Assembly: GCA_964036045.1 (NCBI GenBank)
Contig: OZ038378.1
Span: 16,802,001 to 16,866,000, forward strand
Length of the DNA: 64,000 nucleotides
Source of the DNA: Eutreptiella sp. 'Long Island Sound 2002'
Lineage: Eukaryota > Protista > Euglenida
Reading direction: 5' to 3'
The position numbers and the translations under genes are program-made. A model generated the notes under the pieces. That model was not told the DNA's origin, searched no databases, and saw only the letters and a list, made by a program, of their open reading frames with translations. This document shows, one piece after another, positions 50,465 to 62,800 of the stretch (position 1 is the stretch's first letter; each line of letters starts with the position of its first letter).

Positions 50465-52454
50465 CTACCAACTCGTGCTGTTCCAGTAAAACTCTTTGTA
50501 CCGATTCGAAATGACCTTCGTCACCCCCATCCGCAGAAGCCGGCGGCCTTGCCCCTCATCGTCCACCACCCAGACCCAGCTGTACTTGCCTAGCCTCTTG
50601 CACAACTTCAGCAGCTTGTGCCCATCGTCCGCCTCCAGCAGCGTGCGTTTTTCAAAGTAGATGCCTTTGAAGGCGGGATTCCGGACCGCCTCCTCACGCT
50701 CTGACGCGCTCATACTGGGCACCACAAGCCCCGTCACGGGGATGTCGGGGGCCTGGGATGCGAACAAGTCCAGGATCTTCTGGTGCTTGCACGCGAGGGC
50801 CAGGCGCTTCTGCATCTCGAATTCGCGGATCCGACGCAGCAGCGCATCGACGGTCCGCCGGAGTAGTTCCGCACACGCCTGAGAATTGTCTTGTTTTATG
50901 CACGGATGATAGAATTTGAGCTCCACCCCCAGTTGGGGACCGTTGCCGTGGGACCCTGAGGTATGCACATGCAAATGGCCGCACATGGGGGTGTAAAGGG
51001 ATTAAGGGGGGGAAGTCCCTGCGCTGCGCACACGACAGCCTCCAGAAGAGTGACCGAAAGCCTCCCCCACATAGGGGGAGATAACGGGGGGATGGCGTAC
51101 TGCCTACGCCGGGCCAGGCGGACGAAACTTCATAGCTCAGATTCGCGGCCTTGACTCGGGATTAGCGGTTCCGAATCACTTTGCCAAGGGCCATGCCGGT
51201 TGGCACAATCTCTGAAAACTTCGACCAACCCCCTACCCCTTTAGTTAGGTCGTTTGGTGCCGAGGATGTTTGAGTAAGAGAATCTCAGTTGGTAACCTTT
51301 GGTGCGGAAAGTACATTAAATACCAACCAATTCGCATATGGCAACGTTCCATCACAACTGTGAGATTTCTATCGGTCTGATCCTGTTGTGCAGAGATGGG
51401 GGCACCAGGCTGGAAGAGTAGGAAGTGTAGCTTCCAGATGACGGGGAGGAGCCCCTTGATGGGAAGTACATGCAGGCCCGCCCCTTGCACATTCAGAGAG
51501 ACATCAGGAGTGGCCTGCACTGTCTGCAGCATGACTTCTAGTTGTTGGTGGTCCGGAGGAATGTTCAGCGCTCATTTCCATGGGTTGGCAAGGTTGCAGG
51601 AAAAAGATTTTCCTGTGGTTTTGCGAGGTATATCATGGGATGGGAGGGACTGGTTGCTTTGGGTGCACGTCATTAGTATTGTCATGTTGCAGCAATGACA
51701 AGCAGTTGTTATCATTGCGGGCTACAGACCGGTCTCCCGGTTCCCGTTTTAGCTCCATGGGAAAATGTCTGGTCTTGGTTTCCAGCACCTGGTGGAGGCT
51801 TGCTGTGCCTTGAAACCTGCACCTATACGCACCACCCCAGTCCCCTGGGATACCCCAGGTGGATGCCCATGTCGCATGGGAAATCCTGAAGTGTGCTAGA
51901 CTACCGACTCATACGTAGATTAGTACTGTCGGCCCTCTGCAGACTTCCTGCTACAAGAATGCAGAAAATTGAAATGCGTGACTCTCCCCCCGCAAGCACA
52001 TGCACTCCCACCTCGATGCCACTGCTTAACCTGCCCTGTGCTTCACTACCGTCCCACCAAACCTGCAGGGCGCGCGTTCACAGCTCTGAAGAGGTCTTCC
52101 AGACGGACAGGATGGCCGTCAGTGTCTCGGAACGTCTGTTTGGCCACCACATCGTAGGGGGTGGAATGCACAACACCTTGCCCCAAGGTCAGATCCTCCA
52201 GCTTCATCGAATGGTACACGATGAACTCCATATCTTGAGTGGCTTGTATGTCCAAGTCAATGGACCCCATCATGTCCAGGGCCTCCTCCAACACCTGGTC
52301 AACCAAGCAGAGTGGTCTCAAAGTGTGCTCAAGCACGACACAGCACATGAAGCGACTGAGCCCCATCTGACACGATGGGCATCCTTCTCCTTCTTGGGTA
52401 TATTCTTGTGGGACAGTCTTCGCTGGCAGAGTTTTGCCTCGCTTGAAAACGCCC
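50465..52454 (-). CDS. GDPD-family domain exons (52454-52372, 52294-52063, 50955-50465)
   Basis: All GDPD blocks in order: HRG-equivalent HKN, ExD-equivalent DLD, HD-equivalent HS, PTLEE-equivalent RLED, ELK, and the WTVD...LL..GV..I.TD-equivalent C-terminus; stop at 50465. Confidence 0.88.
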
Positions 52455-55400
52455 CTGGGAGTGGTGAGATGCCTTGCTTGCGTCATCGTAAGCACGGACA
52501 AAGTCAGCAAAACTAATGGCCAGACGGGAACACTGTGCTCAGACAAGGCCGTGCACAGACATGAGCCAGAAGTAAGTGGCTCTCGGAGAGAAAGTCTGCC
52601 TTGCGTGCTACTTTCGGCGCATGTGTCAGCACAATGCCTGTAAATGGATATACCCCCGAAAGGTAGCCTACATAGGATATAAGGCATGCATGGGCTCTCA
52701 CAGGCTGGCCAGTGGGATTGGGAGTTTCAATGCTTCTTTCTTTGCCGTGTCTCTGGTTGGCTTGCCCTCTTGCATGGGGGTGTTTCTGCACAGTGCACGC
52801 ACAGCGCCAGAAAGTAATTCAACTTGCCCGTGACCACCCTGAAGTCCACCCACCTCTGGGGAACCACACATGCACATGGCAAAAACAGCAAAAATCATCA
52901 TGGGACCCCAGCCAAATGCCATGCACAACCCAAGACCAAAGACAGGGGCACAAATGTTCCACCTGTGCTCTATACTACTCATGAATATCACTATAGGTCT
53001 TTTGCCGGACAGTCAATGTCTTGCGGCCAATGAAAGGGACATGGGAATGCAATCTTCCCTTAAATGCACCATCATGTATACCCACCTCAAACCCCATGAA
53101 ACATTGGTGCGATGTGGCCCATACTTGTCCAATGTCTTAACATCGGCACTCATACCGGGTAAGACCGGGTATGGGGGAGTGTTTGCCCTGCGCGCGCCCT
53201 GTGCGCACCATGCGCGCTACTTTTATGATGACTTTCCCAGATTGAGTCCCCAAGTTTACCATTGCCGTATGAAGCCCTCGAGTTGACCAATAGCTGCCTC
53301 TTGCCTACCAAATGAAGCAACAAACCATCCGTGCACAACATTGAACAAGAAAAGCATATCTGAATCACCTTCACAACTTTGTTCCACCAAATTTGTTCAC
53401 TCAAATTGAACAAGCAAGATTGTTCAATAAACAGTCTTGTCCCCACAAGTGTGCAGGTCAATACATTCCGCACAATAATTCAAATGACATTCACCACATT
53501 CTGTCGTAGTGTGCTTTTGACAGCACAATGCACATATATCAACCTCCTCCCCAACAACCCCAAAATAAAAGAAATCTCCTCGCGTGCGGGAAGGTCCATA
53601 ACCATCCCAATTCAAAACATCGGCGGAGGTGCCAGGAGCCAAAGGACAAAGCCATACAATATTCCCCAACATATCAACGGCCACGGTGACCTTGAAAATG
53701 TGAGCCGCGTACTTTGGGTTCCAAAGGTCCACAAACCACATCCCACCAATGGAGCTGATCGGCATGGAATCCGCAAAGTGTGTCATAAAATATGGGAACC
53801 GGGGACAATGGTTGAAACGATGTAACCTGTCCGACCACCTAATTTCCTGAACAACATGATTAAAAAAAAATCCCGTACACAGGCTACACTCTACCGCCAT
53901 GCGATCTCCGAGAAATCTTTACTGCGCGACATGAATGCACCACTCCGTCCGTGTCCCCAACTCAAGGGGCCACACCAAAGCGTGGGAGTCTATCACCCCA
54001 ACTCGAGGGGCCCCCAACGTGGAGGAGCGAACTGTGAACGGATCCTCAATAGCACCCGAAGGTTAACGATAATTGACCAGGTTTCCTCAATAGCACCGGA
54101 AGGTTGAAGGCCCACAATTGGGCACATTGGCTGCATCACCCCTCATAAACGCTGCCTTATCAGGGATCCCATCTCAAGGGTAGGGATCGGAAATGGCCCA
54201 AAAAGTTGCCCTGTGCGCGCCCTGCGCACTATCGCTCCCTCTATACCCACACATTGTTAGCCAAATTGTCCACTGCCACAGTGACCTTCCACAAAATAGC
54301 CTACATTTTGCACAGCGCACGGTGCACCCCCCATGGCTTAGAGGGCAGGCAAGTGAAGGCAAATGGCCACAATTTGGTGGTGGGCTAGGCGTTTCATTCT
54401 TGAGCGATGGCGAGAGCAGTAACAACTCTTCACGGGCATGACCCGGCGCCTCTTTCCCACTACACGGTACTTACAAACATGTCATTTTGCATTCTGGAGA
54501 GAAAAACTGTAGTCAGACAGGGATTGCGGCGCTGAGACAACGCCGTGCTAGCGCAAGGGGAGGAGGTACAGTAGCCTTGCCCACGGACACCCTCCACCAG
54601 CGCCCCAGAAAATGACTTCTTCTCCTCCAATTTCAACGACCAGTCTTCGAAATCACGCTCCGTTTAGCCTTGTCGCCTCCGTGGCGTTGCACACCTCCAC
54701 TCCGATGTGCAGGGAAACATCTCCATGCACTTTAATCTTTGCACCGCGTCTGCGTATGCCACACCTACAGGCCATGAAGACTTGCCCGCAACACACCGCA
54801 TCAACGTGACAAGTGCAAACAGACACACCGTAAGTGATGATTGCCGAGGTTGATGAGCCATCAATTGCTCTACATAACTACGGCTGGGCGTGTTCCTGTA
54901 GATGATGGCTCCCAAGAGAAACAAAATAATAAGGCCCCCAATCCCTGGATGGGATTGGACATGGCTCCAAATGCGTTTGGTCTTCATCGGCAGATCATGT
55001 GGTTGCCCTAACATGGGGTGGCTGCCAATCACACCGAAGAAAATCTCATGACGCAATCATCAGGCTGCTAAAACAAAGAGTGTGTGATTCGCTGGGTCTC
55101 CAGGCAATTTGGCATGGCCGATGTGTCGCATATCGCAACGAGCACATTGCGGAGAAGACTTCAAGATGCGACAGGCCCACAGTGAGAATCCTCAGACCGA
55201 CGGTGCGAATCCTCAAGCCAGGCCTTCATAGCCTGCTCACAGACCTCTTGATACAACCTCAGCACAATCCTTGGATTGCAACGGTCTTGCCAATCAGCTT
55301 TGATCCCAACGGGATCTACCTGTTGTCCTCGTGGTTGTTATCCGAGCTCAGATTCAAGTTTGGACACCCCACCACCCTCCGGGTATAACCGTTCCATGGG

Positions 55401-58400
55401 AAATGGGTATGGGCCACGTGCGGTCGTTTCTTTGGGCATGTCAGCCACCTCACTTCCCTCCTGACCGCATTTAAGGACCATATGTGCAACCGCAAACCGT
55501 CAGGAGTGTGTCAGGCCTGTGATGGCACTGGGTGCTTGCTCATATCCGGGCACCATAATAGGGCTAGTATTGCGATCCGCCAGTTGAGGGGTCCACAACC
55601 TGCCGCACAAATTCCTGAGCCTAAGCATCGTGTGATCCAGCTGGGATTTGCACAATGCATCTCAGCCTGAATCTGCATTCTGTGGCCCATCATCGATCAC
55701 CAATCCACGGTGTGACAGAGGTCAGACCACCAATGTGTGAAGTGGCTTGGACCAACGTCACATATTCTACGTATTCTACCACAGGTGCTGAGGAATCATG
55801 CAGCCTTAGTGAGGGAGTGGATACCAAGCAATATTCAACACGAGAGGGGGAGTGCTCATGATCCTCTATTCACGCCTTCCATGGTGCGCCTCGGTCACTC
55901 TGTGGTTTCGTGCATGAACATTTGGGAGATGCGACACCACGAGGTAACAGTGGCGGGTGGGAGCGGAGACGAAGCAATACACAACACATCTTGGCAGGTT
56001 TCTTGGTGCTGTGCTTAGTTTGTTTGCCAATACCTTGGGGCACAAAAGTCACGAAGTCGCCCCTCCATACCCTGTACCCTGGAGGTATGAGGGGGGGGTA
56101 CGGGGGGGGGGGGGTACGGAGGGGGCGTACGGGGGGGGTTTTACCCGTGCACACGTGAAGGCGGTCTGTAGTCTGTAGACGCGGTCTGCCACATGTAGAC
56201 GCGGTCGTGGTAGGGGGGGGGGTTACGAGGGGGGTACGGGGGGGGGATACGGGGAGGGGGTTAGGGGGGGGGCGACTTCGTGCCAACTATCCTTGAGGAG
56301 ACAAAGCAATGGGAAGCAATCCACGGCACGGGCTACCAGCTTGAGCTGCTGTGTTTGGTCAAAGGAGGCACGGAAAAACGGGAGCAAAGACGAGCAATAC
56401 ACTGCAAGCGTGCGCACGCTCTTTTGGTGGTGCGGTGGCGTCCAAGCCACGGTCCCCTACCACCACAAATAACGGCACAGCAAGGATTTGTCTACGGAGG
56501 TCATGATAAAGGCCCCTGCATTTACACACAAATGAGCAACACGTTAGAGTGGCCCTGGGCTGATTCTCCCGAACTCCCCACTTTCAACCAGTCCAGAGTG
56601 TTCTACCCATGTGATTGTCGCAGTTTGTAGGCACCGCACCAAATTTGTGCACTAGCTCCGGGTGTTCCTGGTTGCGTAGAGTTGCTCCGTCGTACTCCCA
56701 GGGGCCGGGTCCCTTGTGTGGGGCCTTGAGACACATCACTGCTTCATGGCCCCACTGTGACCATCCCCAGTTGGGGCCTGGCCCTGAGCTGACGCCCCCT
56801 GTTGCTCCCACCGGAAATCCTAACTATTGGCTCGAGGAGAGCTTGCTGTGCTGTGCTACAGTGTGCGTGCCTGTGCGCATGCAGGTGTGGGTGTTGGTGT
56901 GGGTGTGTTGTCAGTGTCTGCCCCAGCGGGTGGGTGGATGCGGTGCAGTGCGGTGCAGTGCAGTGCAGTGCAGTGTGGTGCGCTGTGGTGCGCTGTGCTG
57001 TGGTGCAGTGTGCTGTGGCACTGTGCAGTGCACCACACCACACCATAAAACAACATACCATTAAGTAACGCCATCCCTATCATTGAGCATGTTGCAGACG
57101 GTACAGGTACATTGCCATCCCACCAGCAGCTGTTTGCTGGATGCGGTTACGCAACATTGGTGCATTTGTTGTGTTCCCTGTCTTGAGCTTCTGCTTCGGG
57201 TGTGAGGGTTCTGAAGTATGGTGTGCTGTACGCCCTACGAAGTGTGTTGTGGTACGGGACATTATGGTCAGCAATCGGGATAGACTTGGATTAAAGTAGA
57301 GTACACACTGTTCAAGGCAGGTGCGCACAAAATGCATGCATAATCTGTCTCGCCAGCGGCTTGCTCCTGCCCTCTCTATCGGTTCCTGGGGTTGCCAAAG
57401 CCACAAAAATCCAACACAGGTCTTGAACGCTTATCTACTCGCACACCTTGTAACCACGCGATTCACGGGGACACCTGCAACAGGAAGTCGCATCACGACA
57501 CTTCATAAAAGAAACGCATCAGGAGGGTTCTGGGCGGTACCCCTTCCTACACCCCTAATGGCGGTTGGATGGACTGGGCGATACTTTGCACATAACCGAT
57601 GGCGGTTGGCACTTGACCGATGAGGATTGGCCTCCGCCCACGGTTCACCAGCTTTCGCCGGTGCTTGGGCGGCAGCCCAACCACCGGCAGTGGTGTTGTT
57701 TGGCGGTTTACCCGCCGATCAGGGGTCGATCTGCCTTGAAAAACGCTGCCCCCCTGCATAATGGTACCCCTGTCCCCCTCCCTGTCTCGCTCCTTTCGCC
57801 CCTTATTCCTGTGTGCCTTTGCTGACGACGCTTATGCAGAGGAGATCGTGCGGTTGGGGTTCACTGTACAAGAGGAATGGCGCCCACTTTGTGGAGGGGA
57901 CGCGGTGAGGGTTCTTGAGGGCTGCTGAAGATCATGAAACCTGGCGGACAAGTGGCTGGAGTTGCGAGGCCGAAGGGTATTTGAACATGTGTTTTGAGGC
58001 TTGTGCCTTGGGTCGGAGGGCTACCGAGAGTTGTGCGTGGTTGCGGACGGTGCTGCACGGTGCAACCCCCGTACACCTCGGCAGCGCCAAGCCCCCCCCC
58101 CCCCCCCGGAACTGTGCCATACTCCCCCCATCCCCGAATATTGTCTCTTCGCGTCTACAACATGCAGACAGTGTCTCACACGTAGCACACCGCGTCTACT
58201 GTAGGTCTACAGACGATTAAACTGTTGGAAAGCCGCCCCCACCCCCTTCCGGATGCCCTGCACGCCAAATCCCCCCCTCCTCCCCGTGGCTCTTGTGCGC
58301 GCCCCCCCTGTCTCCCCTTGTGCGCGCCAGCCTTCCCACCAACCCCAACACCCCAGGGGATCTGGTGGGGGCATGAGAGCGGGACAGGCGGCGTGACCTT

Positions 58401-59619
58401 TTGAAGCGCAGGAGATGTGCGGAAACAAGTTTGTGGTGCGGCATCCCGGAAAACTCTGTGGTACAATGCAAACATGGATGCGGAGGCAGCAGGGGGCAAA
58501 CCCTCCTTTGGGGCAGGTGCACCGCTTACAAGCTCACAAGGACTCAGACCCATAACTCAGTGGCATTGACCAGCGCGTTCGGGGTGCCCACCACACCTCG
58601 ACACATGTAAAAGAGCCGTGCGGCAGGAGACACACAAAACTCTCCGTCTTTGCAACTGCGCATCGTTGCAAAGTGAACTGCTGATTGCAAAGACCAAAGC
58701 GGTCTTCTCGGCAGACATAGGGCTTGAGGGGTAGGGAAGGCTCATTGGTGAGGGTCAACTGCTGCCGGGGGCGGTGCGTCTACTGGTGTGGGTGGATGCG
58801 CTTGCAATCAGGGCCCTACAATACAATGGCGGCATGCCGTCCTTCTGCCGTCTTCAGACACCAGAGGATTGTTGAAGATTCGGTGGTGACAGTTTACGTG
58901 GTTGGTTCATTGATGCAAAGCAGAAAGGTTCACAGAAGCGCAGCACCCCATCCCGAGGTGGCCATGGGTCAGAGTGTTTATGATGGATAGACATGACGAC
59001 CTGCCATGGTGCCATGTGGGCTTGTGCTACTGCTGGTTGTGATGCATCCCGGCAAGACACTGCGGAGCACAGTAGGTCGGCAGGCAAACGCTGTTGTGCC
59101 ATTGTTACGGCGTTTGCTTCCCCATATTGCAGTCCAGTAACAAAGCACCACGCGCCGTAGCTCAAAGTGGACATGAAAGAGCCTTGCCAGTCCAATTCTG
59201 GGTACTGCACGTCAGCACAGCGCACAGTCCCTCAACTGTCCCAACCTTTCCAAGATACGTCGGGATGGTCCGTCAGGGGCTTTGTTCGAAAGCCCTCCAT
59301 TGGCACAAAATAAAAGAGTGGCCCACTTGCGTGATATTTGAAATACGGCTTCTGCTTTGCACCGGTTTGTATGTGCACCTCTGCACTCACATCCTGTGGA
59401 TAGAGGCACAACAGACCAGGGCTATAGTGTCCACACACAGGCACGTGCACAACACACGCACGCACGCAAGCACGCACACACGAACCCCTGCACACACGCA
59501 TACACACACATACACACTGTTAAAATACACACGCCCGCCCCTACATACGCCGCCGCTGCTGCTGCTGCTGCTGTTGTTGTTGCTGTTGTTGCCGTCGGTG
59601 GTGTTGTGGTTGTTGTCGT

Positions 59620-59699
<80 letters not shown>

Positions 59700-59714
59700 T
59701 TGCTGCTGTTGTCG

Positions 59715-59760
<46 letters not shown>

Positions 59761-59786
59761 CGTCGTCGTCGTCGTCGTCGTCGTCG

Positions 59787-59832
<46 letters not shown>

Positions 59833-62800
59833 CGTTGTCGTTGTCGTTGTTGTTGTTGCTGTTGGGGATGACGCCTTGCAGCTTGGCTCCGACTCAGGTC
59901 CACTACTTAGTTCACGGTGATACTAGGCCCGACAGCTTGACCACCGCATGGTGTTGGTGCAACTGAGGGTGACCTACATTTGCTTGTTGGGTTATGGAGA
60001 TGGAGAGGCTGACGAGGATGGGGATGCAGATGTAGATGGCGGAAGACCTTGTGCAACCTTAAGCACCAAAGGCAGCAGCCTCTTGGAGGGCTGCACCCCA
60101 AGTTGCACCAACACCATCATTGTCGTGAACTAAGTCGTGGATATGTGCCGGAGCTCTGCCACGACCATCCTAACCCTAACATATTGCACCCATGTTAGCT
60201 TCCAATGCACTGAAGACCACACGAACAACATGCCGCCTCAAAAACCCTGTGGTGTGGGAGGGCCTAAGCCTGGTCTACCTTCGTAAGGGCACAAAGTCCT
60301 AGTTCAATGGTGCAGCAAGATTTCTTGAAGGAATGCCAAATGACAGAACATATTGAGTAGGCAAGACTGATGTGGGCCTAATGTCAGTTCATCGATACCC
60401 TAGGTAGTGGCCCTCTCGGTGGTGGCCATCTAAAATATAACTGGGTGGTGCTCTGAGCGTCCAAAGCAATCAGAACTACAACAACGATTCTGATTCAAAT
60501 TGTTGCGGGATCGGCGTTTGGAGATTTTGTGGAGTGCAAGAACATTCTTGTCCACTGTGGTGGTCTAGAAATGTTGGCAATTTGGTTGGAGAGGCAAGGC
60601 TTTGGCATGACACCCCTACACCACAGGGTTTTTGAGGCTGCATATTATTAGGGTGCAATGTGTTCGGCGGGATAGTAACTCGGGGTGCATTTTGCACTTG
60701 CAGCAGGACGAATGTGGTGAGCAACAGAAAATTGACATTTTGTGGCATAAAGAGACACACACCGGGCAAATACAAACATTTTGTAGAACATGAATTTTTG
60801 CGTTCATAGAAAGCAATTAATATTTATCAATCTTTTTTGTTTTAGCCCCAAAAAGTGGAAAAATTTTTTGCAGTTTTTTCGGTAAATGGACATGTTGTGC
60901 CGCCATTTTGACCACGGAAGAGGCTATAATCCCTCAAAATTTTGCGATTTCTTTGAAAGATGTCATCTTTTTGCGTCAAACCCTTGCAACCCCAATTGGG
61001 CACTTCACAAGTATCCAACCAAGCCCTAAACTGAACACAAATCAGCAACACAAATGACAGCCCAACTGCAAAAGTCACTTCAATTCATTCTTCCCATGCC
61101 CAAAACTGGACATTGCATGCTATCTGCAGAGGTTGCTTAAATTCATTCTTCCAATGCCAAAAACTGGATTTATATCACAACTCATGTTGATGGGTTTATA
61201 CTTTATGGCACACTCAGTAGCATACACAGTACAATTAACAAAAAGCCAATGTCGCACTTCTATTGCAGACACAAATAGTTCAATTCTGTAAATCTTGCGT
61301 CGATTTCTTCAGATTTCTGGTGTTTGATGCAATAATTGATTTTTTTTTTGCGTTTATTTTTTTTTTTTGCGGTCGCAGCGAAGTCACCGGAATTCGGGCT
61401 ATGAATTAAATATTTTCCCAAAACCTTCGTGTTTCCCCGGTATCAGTCAGCAGGTCTACCACTGCTGCCTTTGCAGTGTTGCAGTGCAGCGATGTCACCC
61501 ATTCTGTTGAATACTTACCTTTTTGTGCAAATTTGTTGTTCTGCCCACAGCATAAGCTCCGCAAGGAGGTCCTTCAGCAACCGATATACCCCCTTAGAAC
61601 CCATCAGCACCAAGTGAGGTACCTGCCTTGATGTGCTCTGATGCTACCAGCACCAAAGCATTGACTTGAATAGCAACAGCAAGATCGTCTTCACTCATTG
61701 TAGGATCGGCAAGGAGCACAAGGAGCACGTCCACTAAGCACTATCCACGGTGAGCCTTTGATCCTTCATCAAACTATTCAAACCTGCGGCAACCCTGAGC
61801 ATCTGAAATTAACACCTGCTGCATTCTTAACGGACGCCATTCTTTTCTTTGTCTGCAGTTCCCTCGCCAGAGGAAAGACATGCTACCTTGTTCACAAGAG
61901 GGGAATACTGTGCTGATTCTTGTGCCACCTGCCCAGATGAATGATGTCCACCATGAAGTCCTTTGCCAGTGATGTCCTTCTAACCAAAGAAGAAGTTAAT
62001 CTAGATCTTGTTGTCGTGAAGTGTAGGTGTTGGTCAGGGAGGGAGTGAGGAGGAGGCCATGGGCCTCACACCAACCGGGCTTGGAGCGCAGACCTGGACT
62101 CCAGCCACGCCTCTCGTCTCCTGATGGAGCGGTTGTCTGGGCCAAGGGTACCCCCAGGTCCGTCAGATACCCCCCTCAGGTCCCAAAGCGGTGTTCTTAT
62201 CCAAGAAGCGAGCGCACTATCCCCCAGCATGGTAGTGCGTGGACAAGTTAATCCATCCTGGTGCTGTCCCTACCACAGTATCGCACAGGTTGGAGCCGCT
62301 CGGACAGCTGCGGTCATCGGATAGGTACTCTGACTGTAGCTGGGTTTGGTCGCATGACCACTGGTATCCAAGCATAGTGAATTAACCACCGGGGCAGAGC
62401 GATCCCCTCAGGCATGGGGGGGGGATCATCTGGCACAGATCAGTGCCCACACACAACGTGGTCGTTTTCAGAGTTACTGATGAAGCTATCTTCTGCAAAT
62501 TATTTCGAGCATGGAATACATAAATAGGCGTTCCAGGGTGGAGCAGGGCGAGGAGCAGGCATCGTTTATAAGAGGGGTGGGGGTATTTTGGACAAGACCC
62601 ATCCACCCAACTTTGGACCCACCCAGACCCCCCCCCCCTCTTATAAATCTGTGGGGAGCATTTTTCGTGAACCAAATTGAAGCCAAGGCGCTCTCCCGTG
62701 TTGGGCAACCCCAAAGGGTGACACACCAAAAACTTTACAATCCCAGACTTTGAACCAGGGATCACTGGAACTGCAGTCATGTACCTTGACAACTGGGCTA

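Noticed and set aside
50465-50878. Shorter last GDPD exon using the acceptor at 50879
   Set aside because: The phase does not match the previous exon and it would drop the conserved ELK motif; the acceptor at 50956 is preferred.
59094-59966. Long ORFs over the compound microsatellite (poly-L/V/Q)
   Set aside because: Artefacts of stop-free trinucleotide repeats.
61519-61622. Apparent exon with a strong gtaagt donor inside the caspase-GDPD gene
   Set aside because: Its phase is incompatible, the flanking exons already join seamlessly, and the sequence reads as a LINE RT remnant.
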